Shown piece by piece: positions 7,516 to 16,816 of a stretch of 49,336 bases of DNA. The DNA comes from Escherichia phage FCWL1: the sequence record PP558327, one strand, 5' to 3'. The translations under genes and the position numbers were made by a program. Within the stretch, counting starts at the first letter, position 1, and every line of letters begins with the position of its first letter. Under the pieces are notes generated by a model, which saw only the letters and a list, made by a program, of their open reading frames with translations, did not search any database and was not told where the DNA came from.

Positions 7516-7677
7516 CCTACGTCCCTGAGCGGTGATAGTATTAATCCCGTAGACAAACTAGGCGCAATGAAGCGCAACGCGTGAGACGATTCTCACACTT
7601 CCAGCTAACAAGCTCGGTTGCATAGTGGTTAAGCAACGCCGCAGACCCGTAAGCGGCAACAATTCAAGAGGATTGCA

Positions 7678-7842
7678 TGATGCAAAACACCAAAGACGAA
7701 TCAGTAAAAATTGAAATTAAAGTAACTCGCAACGGTGAAACCACTCGTTATAAAAAACGATTAAATCCGGGAGAGGCTGTTATTGGTCGAATTGCTGGCG
7801 TTATGATTAAGGCGCAGGAAGATGAAGCGATTCAAGGTTAAA
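7678..7842 (+). CDS. possible small protein (54 aa)
   Basis: ATG preceded by AAGAGGATTGC RBS; below track length threshold. Confidence 0.3.
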
Positions 7843-8008
7843 TTAATTATTCGAAAGATGGGGATGTTTTGCCAGTCGTGCAAACAATCTTTCGAAACAG
7901 AATTATCTGCAACCAGTCAGGCAGAAGCCATCACGAAAGCAAAAAAACTTTCCGGCGCTAACCTTGACACTCACAAAATAAATATTGAATTAATCAAGGA
8001 GATTTAAC

Positions 8009-8236
8009 ATGACAATTTTTTTATTGATTATCGCTGGTGTCATTATTTTTGGTGCTGGTTTGTTTGCTGGCTTCGCACTTGTGGCGGCAGCAATTGCGAT
8101 GGACGCGAAGGATAAAACTGGTGTATGGCTGACCTACTCACCTAAGAAGGACCAATGGGAGATGACTGGCGACCTTGCTCACTGCTACTCTAAAGCTCAG
8201 ACCCACCCTAAAGGAATTAAGCGACTATTGTCGTGA
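8009..8236 (+). CDS. small membrane protein (75 aa)
   Basis: N-terminal TM helix IFLLIIAGVIIFGAGLFAGFALVAAAIA; RBS AAGGAG. Confidence 0.45.
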   Translation: MTIFLLIIAGVIIFGAGLFAGFALVAAAIAMDAKDKTGVWLTYSPKKDQWEMTGDLAHCYSKAQTHPKGIKRLLS

Positions 8237-8246
8237 TAAACACTAA

Positions 8247-8267
8247 CCCGCTTCGGCGGGTTTTTTT
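8247..8267 (+). terminator. intrinsic terminator (CCCGC-TTCG-GCGGG + T7)
   Basis: GC stem with UUCG tetraloop followed by T-tract. Confidence 0.6.
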
Positions 8268-8287
8268 ATGCCTGCAATATGGTAAAA

Positions 8288-8302
8288 TAGCACTAAATGT
8301 TA
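8288..8302. promoter_or_regulatory. palindrome TAGCA-CTAAA-TGTTA immediately upstream of terminase small subunit RBS
   Basis: Operator-like palindrome between terminator and RBS. Confidence 0.4.
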
Positions 8303-8320
8303 AACAAAGAGGATGGATTT

Positions 8321-8845
8321 ATGAGTGAACATAAAAACGCTCCCGTTGTTCAGGGAGGTAATTTCAAAGAGCTATACAAGAAAAAGTTCGGCACTGTTCT
8401 TGCTAAGAATCGGGCAATGACGCCTGAGCAACTATTCGATCTGTCAGTTAAGTATTTCGAATGGGCTGAAGACAATGCGATCAAGGCTTCTGAGTCTGCC
8501 AGCTTTCAGGGTGGCGTTTATGAATCGCTAGTTCATAAGCCGCGCGTCTTCACCTGGACCGGATACCGACTATTCATCGGTGCAAGCGAGGCCGCAATCA
8601 TTAAGTGGAAGCGAGAGGAAGAATACAGTGAGGTTATGGAGTTTGTGGAATCGGTAATCAACGAGCAAAAATTCCAGCTTGCCGCCAACGGTGTTATTAA
8701 CGCCTCATTTATCGGTAAGGATCTCGGAATCGACAAGCCAGCCTCAATCAATATCGAAAACTCGTCAGCTTCCGCATCGACCGCTGTCGCCACTACTGAG
8801 GACGCAATGAAAGAGGCTGTAAACAGTATTCTTGACATGCTTTAA
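8321..8845 (+). CDS. terminase small subunit
   Basis: 174-aa protein directly upstream of terminase large subunit; RBS AAAGAGG; helical N-terminal region typical of small terminases. Confidence 0.55.
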   Translation: MSEHKNAPVVQGGNFKELYKKKFGTVLAKNRAMTPEQLFDLSVKYFEWAEDNAIKASESASFQGGVYESLVHKPRVFTWTGYRLFIGASEAAIIKWKREEEYSEVMEFVESVINEQKFQLAANGVINASFIGKDLGIDKPASINIENSSASASTAVATTEDAMKEAVNSILDML

Positions 8846-8883
8846 CGTTACGGGCGCGCAAGCGCCCATACAGGAGAATTGAT

Positions 8884-10452
8884 ATGATTCAATGGGAAGA
8901 ACTCGACGCAACTCAGAAGTTGGCGATCAAAAAAATGAGCGAGGCCAATTTCGAAAAAATGATTCGGATCTGGTTTCAGCTTATGCAGGCTCAGCAGTTC
9001 CAGCCTAACTGGCATCACCTTTACCTATGTCACGAAGTGGAGGAAATTATTGCAGGCCGACGCGGTAACACTATCTTTAACGTCACGCCAGGCTCCGGTA
9101 AAACTGAGGTGTTCTCAATTCACCTTCCGGTGTACGCAATGCTCAAGTGTAAAAAGGTGAGAAACCTTAACGTGTCGTTTGCCGACAGCTTAGTTAAGCG
9201 TAACAGTAAGCGTGTCCGTGAGATTATCAGCAGCAACGAATTTCAAGAGCTATGGCCTTGCAAGTTCGGTACATCGAAAGACGAGGAGATGCAGGTTCTT
9301 AATGAAGACGGAAAGGTTTGGTTTGAGCTAATCTCCGCAGCGGCTGGTGGTCGTATTACTGGTTCGCGTGGTGGGTACATGATGCCAGGATTCTCAGGTA
9401 TGGTAATGCTCGACGATATCGACAAGCCTGATGATATGTTCTCAAAGGTTAAGCGTGAGCGTACGCACATGCTATTGAAAAACACCATTCGATCCCGTCG
9501 TATGCATAACGAAACGCCAATTATCGCAATTCAGCAGCGACTACATGCTCAGGATTCAACCTGGTTCATGATGAATGGCGGGATGGGTATTGAGTTTGAC
9601 CAAATCTCAATCCCGGCGCTGGTGACGGAAGAATACGGAAAGACACTTCCTGATTGGTTGCAGCCTTACTTTGAGCGTGATGTTTTATCGTCTGAGTATG
9701 TAGAATTGGATGGCGTTAAGCATTACTCTTTTTGGCCCAGCAAGGAAAGCGTTCACGACCTGTTAGCCTTGCGAGAAGCTGATCAGTACACCTTTGACTC
9801 TCAGTATCAGCAGAAGCCGATCGCGCTTGGTGGCTCCGTGTTTAACTCGGAGTGGTGGACCTATTACGGCAGCAGCCTTGACGCTGACGAGCCAGATCCT
9901 GGTAAATATGATTACCGTTTTATCACAGCAGATACCGCTCAGAAGACGGGTGAGCTAAACGACTACACGGTCTTTTGTTTATGGGGTAAGAAAAACGATA
10001 AGGTTTACTTTATCGACGGCATTCGCGGCAAGTGGGAAGCGCCTGATATGGAGAAACAATTTACCGCCTTTGTGAATCAGGCATGGAGGCACAATAAATC
10101 AATGGGCGTGCTTCGCAAAATCTACGTGGAAGATAAAGCGAGCGGAACGGGCTTGATTCAGAACTTAAGGAAAAAGACCCCGATCTCAATTACACCATTG
10201 CAACGTAACAAAGATAAAGTTACCCGAGCGATGGATGCGCAGCCAGTTATTAAGGCCGGGCGTGTAGTTCTTCCAGAAGAGCACCCTATGCTTGCGGAAA
10301 TCATCGCAGAGCATAGCGCTTTCACATATGATGACACACATCCGCATGATGACATTGTCGATAACTTCATGGATGCGGCGAACATTGAATTGCTGACTAT
10401 TGACGATCCTATTGAGCGAATGAAGCGACTTGCCGGGATGGTTAAGCGGTAA
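8884..10452 (+). CDS. terminase large subunit
   Basis: 522 aa; ATPase Walker A-like VTPGSGKTE, Walker B MVMLDDIDKPDD; C-terminal nuclease-like acidic residues; position before portal. Confidence 0.85.
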   Translation: MIQWEELDATQKLAIKKMSEANFEKMIRIWFQLMQAQQFQPNWHHLYLCHEVEEIIAGRRGNTIFNVTPGSGKTEVFSIHLPVYAMLKCKKVRNLNVSFADSLVKRNSKRVREIISSNEFQELWPCKFGTSKDEEMQVLNEDGKVWFELISAAAGGRITGSRGGYMMPGFSGMVMLDDIDKPDDMFSKVKRERTHMLLKNTIRSRRMHNETPIIAIQQRLHAQDSTWFMMNGGMGIEFDQISIPALVTEEYGKTLPDWLQPYFERDVLSSEYVELDGVKHYSFWPSKESVHDLLALREADQYTFDSQYQQKPIALGGSVFNSEWWTYYGSSLDADEPDPGKYDYRFITADTAQKTGELNDYTVFCLWGKKNDKVYFIDGIRGKWEAPDMEKQFTAFVNQAWRHNKSMGVLRKIYVEDKASGTGLIQNLRKKTPISITPLQRNKDKVTRAMDAQPVIKAGRVVLPEEHPMLAEIIAEHSAFTYDDTHPHDDIVDNFMDAANIELLTIDDPIERMKRLAGMVKR

Positions 10453-10470
10453 TAAATGAGATATAATCAA

Positions 10471-10494
10471 GGCTGTCAATTGACGGCCTTTTTT
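10471..10494 (+). terminator. hairpin + T-tract between terminase and portal
   Basis: GGCTGTCAATTGACGGCC hairpin followed by TTTTTT. Confidence 0.45.
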
Positions 10495-10506
10495 ATTGGA
10501 GGAAAC

Positions 10507-11790
10507 ATGAAAATTGTTAAACATGATGGATATAACGATATCTTTAACGGCGGCGCGGACGGTTCACCAAAGCCATTTTTTATGTCAGACGCATCATATC
10601 ACGTAGGATCTTTCTATAACGATAACGCAACAGCGAAGCGAATTGTAGATGTGATCCCGGAAGAAATGGTGACGGCTGGATTTAAAATTTCAGGCGTTAA
10701 GGATGAAAAAGAGTTCAAATCTCTGTGGGATAGTTACAAAATTGATCCTAGCTTGGTTGATGCTCTTTGCTGGGCGCGCTTATACGGTGGGGCGGCTATT
10801 GTAGCAATCATTAATGACAACAGAATGCTAACCAGTCCAGTTAAGCCTGGGGCTAAACTTGAAGGTGTGCGTGTTTACGATAGGTTCGCAATTACAATCG
10901 AAAAAAGAGTAACCAATGCGCGATCGCCTCGCTATGGTGAGCCTGAGATCTATAAGGTGTCACCTGGTGACAATATTCAACCTTACTTAATCCACCACAC
11001 AAGAATTTTCATTGCTGATGGTGAGAGAGTTACCCCTCAGATGAGGAAGCAGAATCAGGGGTGGGGTGCTTCAGTTTTGAATAAGTCACTGATTGATGCA
11101 ATCTGCGACTACGACTATTGCGAATCACTTGCGACTCAGATCCTTCGGCGTAAGCAACAGGCGGTATGGAAGGTCAAAGGTCTTGCCGAAATGTGCGATG
11201 ATGACGATGCTCAGTATGCGGCGCGTCTGCGACTTGCTCAGGTTGATGATAACTCCGGCGTAGGCCGCGCGATCGGTATCGATGCTGAGACGGAAGAATA
11301 CGATGTTCTAAACTCTGATATCAGCGGAGTACCTGAGTTCTTATCAAGCAAGATGGATCGTATTGTTTCCCTTTCCGGGATTCATGAGATTATCATCAAA
11401 AATAAGAACGTAGGCGGCGTATCAGCGAGCCAAAACACGGCGCTTGAGACTTTCTATAAGTTGGTAGATCGTAAGCGTGAGGAAGATTACAGGCCGCTTC
11501 TTGAGTTCTTGCTGCCGTTCATTGTTGACGAGCAAGAGTGGTCGATCGAGTTCGAGCCTTTATCTGTTCCGAGCAAGAAAGAGGAATCAGAGATCACGAA
11601 GAATAACGTTGAGTCGGTTACGAAAGCTATCACTGAGCAAATCATCGATCTGGAAGAGGCTCGCGATACGTTGCGCTCTATCGCCCCTGAGTTTAAGCTA
11701 AAGGACGGTAATAACATCAACATTCGCGAACCGGAAGAGCCAACCGAACCGGAGCCGGGATTAGGGGAGAAGTTAGAAGATGAAAATTAA
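10507..11790 (+). CDS. portal protein
   Basis: 427 aa, immediately downstream of terminase; acidic C-terminus; RBS GGAGGA. Confidence 0.8.
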   Translation: MKIVKHDGYNDIFNGGADGSPKPFFMSDASYHVGSFYNDNATAKRIVDVIPEEMVTAGFKISGVKDEKEFKSLWDSYKIDPSLVDALCWARLYGGAAIVAIINDNRMLTSPVKPGAKLEGVRVYDRFAITIEKRVTNARSPRYGEPEIYKVSPGDNIQPYLIHHTRIFIADGERVTPQMRKQNQGWGASVLNKSLIDAICDYDYCESLATQILRRKQQAVWKVKGLAEMCDDDDAQYAARLRLAQVDDNSGVGRAIGIDAETEEYDVLNSDISGVPEFLSSKMDRIVSLSGIHEIIIKNKNVGGVSASQNTALETFYKLVDRKREEDYRPLLEFLLPFIVDEQEWSIEFEPLSVPSKKEESEITKNNVESVTKAITEQIIDLEEARDTLRSIAPEFKLKDGNNINIREPEEPTEPEPGLGEKLEDEN

Positions 11791-12541
11791 TGGCGTTGCT
11801 ACTCAGTGGCGCTATCCTGAAATGAGCGAGCGCGCAATGTCGCGCTCCCTACAGGATGTAGCAGCCAAACTAACTGAAAAAATGCGTGACGAATTAAAGC
11901 CTATGAAATTTGATGCTACCGACGAAGAGATAGATCAGGCAGAAAGGTCATTGCTTGATTACGTTGAATCGCTCATCTCGCCGATTATAGGTTCTCTATC
12001 ATCCGTTGCGCTCACGATCTATAAATTCAACTCTAAGCAGTGGCTGCGCATCGCTCGCAATGCTGGAGGTAAGAAGAATCAAGCCGTGATGCTACTTGCC
12101 CTGATTGGTCCTACCGCTGACGAAAGCTGGTACTCAGGACAATATAATCTGTGGCGATCGCAGGTTACTACTTCTATCAGGAAATTTGCCGCCAACATGG
12201 TTACTGATTTCACTGATAAACTTCGTGCGGCATCCGGTCAGGGTAAAAGCAAGGATTTTGTTGTTGAACTTGCTAAGGAACGATTTGGTATTTACCGGAA
12301 CTGGGCCAAAAATAGAGCGTCGGGAATTGTCGGAACATGGAACAGTAGACTGATGCGGCAGCGTGTAAAAGACGCTGGTGTATCTTACTATTTCTGGCGC
12401 GGGGTGATGGATTTACGCGAACGTGAAAAACATGTAAGATGGGAAGGTAAGCGCATAGCGGTAGATTCCGATCACGTATTCCCGGGTGAAGAATACAACT
12501 GCCGTTGTTGGGCTGTTCCAGACTTTTCCACAGGAGATTAA
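11780..12541 (+). CDS. head morphogenesis protein (SPP1 gp7 / Mu F-like)
   Basis: C-terminal motif DSDHVFPGEEYNCRCWAVP typical of this family; position after portal. Confidence 0.75.
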   Translation: MKINGVATQWRYPEMSERAMSRSLQDVAAKLTEKMRDELKPMKFDATDEEIDQAERSLLDYVESLISPIIGSLSSVALTIYKFNSKQWLRIARNAGGKKNQAVMLLALIGPTADESWYSGQYNLWRSQVTTSIRKFAANMVTDFTDKLRAASGQGKSKDFVVELAKERFGIYRNWAKNRASGIVGTWNSRLMRQRVKDAGVSYYFWRGVMDLREREKHVRWEGKRIAVDSDHVFPGEEYNCRCWAVPDFSTGD

Positions 12542-12543
12542 AA

Positions 12544-13656
12544 ATGAAGGCAAAGCAAAGATTCGATTCGGTAAAAATCAAGGCACACTTTGATGATAAT
12601 GGTTTTTTGGTTGATCGCCCCATCGTGGCGAGAATTGGTGCTCAGGTTTACAAGACTCCACACGGCGATCGCGTTGAGTTCCGTCCGGCGTCCGAAGTTT
12701 TCAAGCAAGATTCATTGCAAAGTTTTGCAGGCAAGCCGATTACAGTAGGTCACGTAACGGTAACTCCCCAAAATGCTAAGGATGTTGTTGTCGGATCGTG
12801 TGCTGGCGCTGGTATTGCTTCAGGGGTTGGCGTTGAAGTTCCTTTGAGTATTTACAGCGACTACGCGATCAGCAAAGCTAAAGCGAAGGAGGCCGGGGAA
12901 TTATCTGTAGGGTATACGTCGGTAGATATTGATAAGCCCGGCTGGGGTTCAAATGAGACTGGAGAATATATCTTCGAAGAGGATATGAAACAGGACGAAG
13001 CGCCGCCTGAAGGTTGGGTGAAATTCGACGCGGTACAGACTAATATCAAGGTCAACCATATTGCCCTAGTTTTTAAAGGTCGTGCGGGAATTGCTAAATT
13101 AAATCTTGATGCCGAACAGGAGTTCCCGTATGATAATAACGTTCAATTAACTAACGAGGACAAGCAAATGAAAAAAATTAAGATCGACTCAGTTGATGTG
13201 GAAGTAACCGAAGACGTTGCGAACCATATCGAAAAATTAACCGCTCAGATTGCCACCATTCAGGGGAAAGCTGATGGCTTCGAAGCTGAGCGCGATGCGC
13301 TGAAGGTTAAGGTTGACTCTCTGCCGGAACTTGTGAAGGCCGAGGTAGAGAAGCAAAAAGCCGATGCCGCCGCACGCGCAGAAGTTACCGCAGTAGCAGA
13401 AACCGCAGGCGTCAAACATGATGGTCTTGATATCAAAGACGTCAAGATTGCCGTAGTTAAAGCCATGCTTGATAAAGATGTTAGTGAAAAATCTGATGCA
13501 TATATCGACGCTATGTTTGATGTTGCTAAAGATTCTGATATCATGGCTATTCAGCGTAAAGCAGTAAAAGGCGACTCTATCGAAGGCGGTAAGCCGGAAG
13601 AGAAAAACGACGCCGCGCCTGTTACGCCAAATTCACGTTTAAGCAAAGTAATGTAA
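12544..13656 (+). CDS. scaffolding protein (possibly with N-terminal protease-like domain)
   Basis: Coiled-coil-rich C-terminal half (AQIATIQGKADGFEAERDALKVKVD...), position before capsid genes. Confidence 0.55.
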   Translation: MKAKQRFDSVKIKAHFDDNGFLVDRPIVARIGAQVYKTPHGDRVEFRPASEVFKQDSLQSFAGKPITVGHVTVTPQNAKDVVVGSCAGAGIASGVGVEVPLSIYSDYAISKAKAKEAGELSVGYTSVDIDKPGWGSNETGEYIFEEDMKQDEAPPEGWVKFDAVQTNIKVNHIALVFKGRAGIAKLNLDAEQEFPYDNNVQLTNEDKQMKKIKIDSVDVEVTEDVANHIEKLTAQIATIQGKADGFEAERDALKVKVDSLPELVKAEVEKQKADAAARAEVTAVAETAGVKHDGLDIKDVKIAVVKAMLDKDVSEKSDAYIDAMFDVAKDSDIMAIQRKAVKGDSIEGGKPEEKNDAAPVTPNSRLSKVM

Positions 13657-13667
13657 GGGGAAATATC

Positions 13668-14144
13668 ATGGCACAAATTAATGCATCTTATCAGCGAGAT
13701 ATGGCGATTGCGCTTCCGGGTATGGTTGCGGATACTTCAAAGTACAATATTGACGGCGCTTGTGTCGTTAATGAAGGTGATGTTCTTGTTGGCGCTGCCG
13801 TACAAGTTGTTCAAGCTCAGGCGGTTGATGGTCATAAGTTGGTTAAGGCTCTTACTACCGGAACCACTCCTTACGGCGTGGCAATCCGATCTCACTGGCA
13901 GACTGTTAACGCTCAAAATCAGATGATTTACGAAGATGGCGGCGCTATCAACGTGATGACTTCAGGCCGAGTATGGATGCTTTCCAAATCCACCGAAGCA
14001 CCAACTTTCGGCTCTGCCGTTAAACTTGATGTTGATGGTCAGGAAAAATCTGATGGCACGATCGAAACAACCTGGACCTACGCTGGCGGTTGGACTAAAT
14101 ACAAAGATATTCAGCTTGTTGAGGTTCAGTTGCATCAACTGTAA
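13668..14144 (+). CDS. capsid decoration-like protein (paralog A)
   Basis: Shares N-terminal core (TSxYNIDGACV...AVQVV...TPYG.A.RS...SHGRVW) with 14207-14974. Confidence 0.45.
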   Translation: MAQINASYQRDMAIALPGMVADTSKYNIDGACVVNEGDVLVGAAVQVVQAQAVDGHKLVKALTTGTTPYGVAIRSHWQTVNAQNQMIYEDGGAINVMTSGRVWMLSKSTEAPTFGSAVKLDVDGQEKSDGTIETTWTYAGGWTKYKDIQLVEVQLHQL

Positions 14145-14158
14145 TTAGCGTTTAATAT

Positions 14159-14192
14159 GGGGACTATCTTTTTTTTGGATAGTCCTTTTTTT
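14159..14192 (+). terminator. intrinsic terminator
   Basis: GGACTATC...GATAGTCC hairpin followed by T7; RBS of next gene abuts T-tract. Confidence 0.6.
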
Positions 14193-14206
14193 ATGGAGAA
14201 ATCATT

Positions 14207-14974
14207 ATGGCTTACGAAAATTTGTTCTTGCGCCCCGCGTGTCCGGGAAATATTTCTGATACTTCAACCTACAATATTGATGGAGCTTGTGTGGCTCAAG
14301 GTGACATTGGGTTCGGCTCAGCGGTTCAGGTTGTAGGCATCGTTGACGGTGTAAAAGTTGTGGCGGCGCTTCCTGATGGTGGAACTCCTTACGGTATCGC
14401 TTTCCGTTCCCAATATGAACACCTGAGCGGTAAAATCCTTGACGGTGAAGTGTGCAACGTCGTTTCTCACGGTCGCGTATGGACTCTTACTTCTCTTGGT
14501 GAGGCTCCCAGCTTGTTCTCAAAGTTACAGTTTGGGTCTGGTGGAGTTGTTACTGGTGGATCTGGTTCCGCAGGTTGGACATTTGCGGGTGGCTTTGTTA
14601 AGCATGAAGATGGCTACATCATTGAGGTTCAGGTGAAACAAAATGCTTTCATCGCTCCACCGCCACCGCCCCCTGTCGTTCTTGTTGAATCTGCTACAAT
14701 CGCCACTGACAAGGAAAGCCCTCAACCAAACAATGTTACGATCCAGTGTGTAGCTAATGCTCTTCCGGATAATGCAACCGATAAGACTGGTAAATGGTCA
14801 ATCGACGCTACCAATATCGCCACTGTCGATCCGGACTCAGGTCTTGTAACTCCTGTTGGTGGAGAGGTAGTCGGTGATTTCAATATTACCTGGACGGCTA
14901 ACGATGCCAGCAAGACGACGGCAACTATTGCTTATCGCGTAGAAGCAGTGCCAACGCCAGAGGTTGATGCATAA
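14207..14974 (+). CDS. capsid decoration-like protein (paralog B) with poly-Pro linker and C-terminal Ig-like domain
   Basis: N-terminal homology to 13668 product; APPPPPPVVL linker; C-terminal beta-rich domain resembling bacterial Ig-like (Big_2-type) folds. Confidence 0.45.
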   Translation: MAYENLFLRPACPGNISDTSTYNIDGACVAQGDIGFGSAVQVVGIVDGVKVVAALPDGGTPYGIAFRSQYEHLSGKILDGEVCNVVSHGRVWTLTSLGEAPSLFSKLQFGSGGVVTGGSGSAGWTFAGGFVKHEDGYIIEVQVKQNAFIAPPPPPPVVLVESATIATDKESPQPNNVTIQCVANALPDNATDKTGKWSIDATNIATVDPDSGLVTPVGGEVVGDFNITWTANDASKTTATIAYRVEAVPTPEVDA

Positions 14975-14995
14975 CATAAAAACACTTTGACGCTT

Positions 14996-15010
14996 TAACA
15001 AAAAGTGCTA
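14996..15010. promoter_or_regulatory. palindrome TAACA-AAAAG-TGCTA overlapping TTGACG...TATTAT promoter-like elements
   Basis: Operator-like palindrome lies in spacer/-10 of a putative promoter upstream of capsid gene. Confidence 0.35.
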
Positions 15011-15018
15011 TTATTGAA

Positions 15019-15044
15019 GCCGTGAACATAATCACGGCTTTTTT
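15019..15044 (+). terminator. intrinsic terminator
   Basis: GCCGTGA...TCACGGC hairpin + T6. Confidence 0.55.
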
Positions 15045-15065
15045 ATTAACTACGGAGAAGTAATA

Positions 15066-16025
15066 ATGACTACTAAAAAATTTGATGAAGCAGATAAAAG
15101 CAATGTTGAAATGTATCTGATCCAGGCTGGCGTAAAACAGGATGCAGCCGCAACGATGGGTATCTGGACCGCTCAGGAACTACACCGCATCAAGAGTCAG
15201 TCCTATGAAGAAGACTACCCGGTCGGCTCCGCTCTACGAGTATTCCCGGTTACAACCGAACTCTCTCCGACCGACAAGACGTTTGAGTACATGACCTTTG
15301 ATAAGGTTGGTACTGCTCAGATTATCGCTGACTATACCGATGACCTGCCTCTGGTTGATGCACTTGGTACTTCTGAATTTGGTAAGGTGTTCCGTTTGGG
15401 TAACGCGTATCTGATCTCAATCGACGAAATCAAAGCAGGTCAGGCAACTGGTCGCCCACTGTCAACCCGTAAGGCGAGCGCGTGCCAGTTGGCGCATGAT
15501 CAGCTTGTTAACCGCCTGGTGTTCAAAGGTTCCGCACCGCACAAGATTGTGTCCGTGTTTAACCATCCGAACATCACTAAAATTACCTCCGGTAAGTGGA
15601 TTGATGCATCTACTATGAAGCCGGAAACTGCGGAAGCTGAGCTAACTCAAGCGATCGAAACCATCGAGACGATTACTCGGGGTCAGCACCGCGCAACCAA
15701 CATCCTGATCCCGCCTTCCATGCGTAAGGTTTTGGCGATTCGTATGCCTGAGACAACCATGTCTTATCTGGACTATTTTAAGTCTCAGAACTCCGGTATC
15801 GAAATCGACTCTATCGCAGAGCTTGAGGATATTGACGGCGCAGGCACCAAAGGCGTACTGGTGTACGAAAAGAATCCGATGAACATGTCCATCGAGATCC
15901 CGGAAGCATTTAATATGCTGCCAGCACAACCGAAAGACTTGCACTTTAAAGTGCCTTGCACTTCTAAGTGTACTGGTCTTACAATTTATCGCCCGATGAC
16001 TATTGTCTTAATCACTGGCGTGTAA
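15066..16025 (+). CDS. major capsid protein
   Basis: 319 aa; position after scaffold/decoration genes; followed by a strong terminator. Confidence 0.75.
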   Translation: MTTKKFDEADKSNVEMYLIQAGVKQDAAATMGIWTAQELHRIKSQSYEEDYPVGSALRVFPVTTELSPTDKTFEYMTFDKVGTAQIIADYTDDLPLVDALGTSEFGKVFRLGNAYLISIDEIKAGQATGRPLSTRKASACQLAHDQLVNRLVFKGSAPHKIVSVFNHPNITKITSGKWIDASTMKPETAEAELTQAIETIETITRGQHRATNILIPPSMRKVLAIRMPETTMSYLDYFKSQNSGIEIDSIAELEDIDGAGTKGVLVYEKNPMNMSIEIPEAFNMLPAQPKDLHFKVPCTSKCTGLTIYRPMTIVLITGV

Positions 16026-16032
16026 TATTATA

Positions 16033-16059
16033 GGGGCTAACTTAGTTAGTCCCTTTTTT
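16033..16059 (+). terminator. intrinsic terminator after major capsid gene
   Basis: GGGGCTAAC...GTTAGTCCC hairpin + T6. Confidence 0.6.
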
Positions 16060-16074
16060 ATTGGAGAAATCAAA

Positions 16075-16362
16075 ATGGCTAAAGAAAAAACTGTTGTTAT
16101 CGTAAACGTTGGTGTAGCTCTTCAGATGTTCCGTCTTGAAGATGGTTCCTTTGCTAAAGTTCTTCCAGATGAAGAGGTCACGCTTCCGGCGTCCGTTCTT
16201 GATTTGCCTGGCCTGCGTTGCTTAATTGCTCGCGAAGAAATCGAAGTTAAAGACGACAGTGCAACCAACCGCAAAATCCGCGCTGAAATGGCAAAGATCA
16301 CTAAGCCAGATCCGTGGGATAGCAAAAGCGTTAAAGAGCTTGAGGACGGCGGCGAATATTAA
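16075..16362 (+). CDS. hypothetical virion-associated protein (95 aa)
   Basis: ORF between two terminators, RBS GGAGA. Confidence 0.45.
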   Translation: MAKEKTVVIVNVGVALQMFRLEDGSFAKVLPDEEVTLPASVLDLPGLRCLIAREEIEVKDDSATNRKIRAEMAKITKPDPWDSKSVKELEDGGEY

Positions 16363-16368
16363 TCATCA

Positions 16369-16393
16369 AGGCGCTCATGTAGCGCCTTTTTTT
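16369..16393 (+). terminator. intrinsic terminator
   Basis: AGGCGCT...AGCGCCT hairpin + T7. Confidence 0.6.
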
Positions 16394-16405
16394 ATGGGGG
16401 TAATT

Positions 16406-16816
16406 ATGAATCAAGAAACTTTAATTGCAGCTGTTGAGCAAATGCGAAAGCTGGTTCCGGCACTTCGTAAGGTTCCAGACGAAACGCTTTATGCGTGGGT
16501 AGAAATGGCTGAGCTTTTTGTATGCCAGAAGACCTTTAAAGACGCATACGTCAAAGCGATCGCTCTTTATGCATTACACCTTGCTTTCCTTGATGGGGCG
16601 CTAAAAGGTGAAGATGAGGATCTGGAATCGTACTCACGCCGCGTTACGTCATTCTCACTGAGCGGTGAATTTAGCCAGACTTTCGGAGAGGTTACGAAGA
16701 ACCAGTCAGGGAACATGATGCTTTCTACGCCGTGGGGTAAGATGTTCGAACAGCTTAAAGCGAGACGCCGTGGTAGATTCGCATTAATGACAGGACTCCG
16801 TGGAGGATGCCACTAA
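16406..16816 (+). CDS. head-tail connector / head completion protein
   Basis: 136-aa ORF in connector region; ATG at 16406 directly after terminator. Confidence 0.45.
   Translation: MNQETLIAAVEQMRKLVPALRKVPDETLYAWVEMAELFVCQKTFKDAYVKAIALYALHLAFLDGALKGEDEDLESYSRRVTSFSLSGEFSQTFGEVTKNQSGNMMLSTPWGKMFEQLKARRRGRFALMTGLRGGCH

Noticed and set aside
7516-7677. Possible tRNA gene in the noncoding island
   Set aside because: No 7-bp acceptor stem plus T-loop (GTTCRANNC) arrangement could be traced by eye; only isolated short hairpins.
11477-14636. Alternative-frame + strand ORFs inside portal, morphogenesis, scaffold and decoration genes (11477-11701, 12105-12353, 13681-13926, 14439-14636)
   Set aside because: Nested in longer coding frames with conserved motifs; no independent translation signals.
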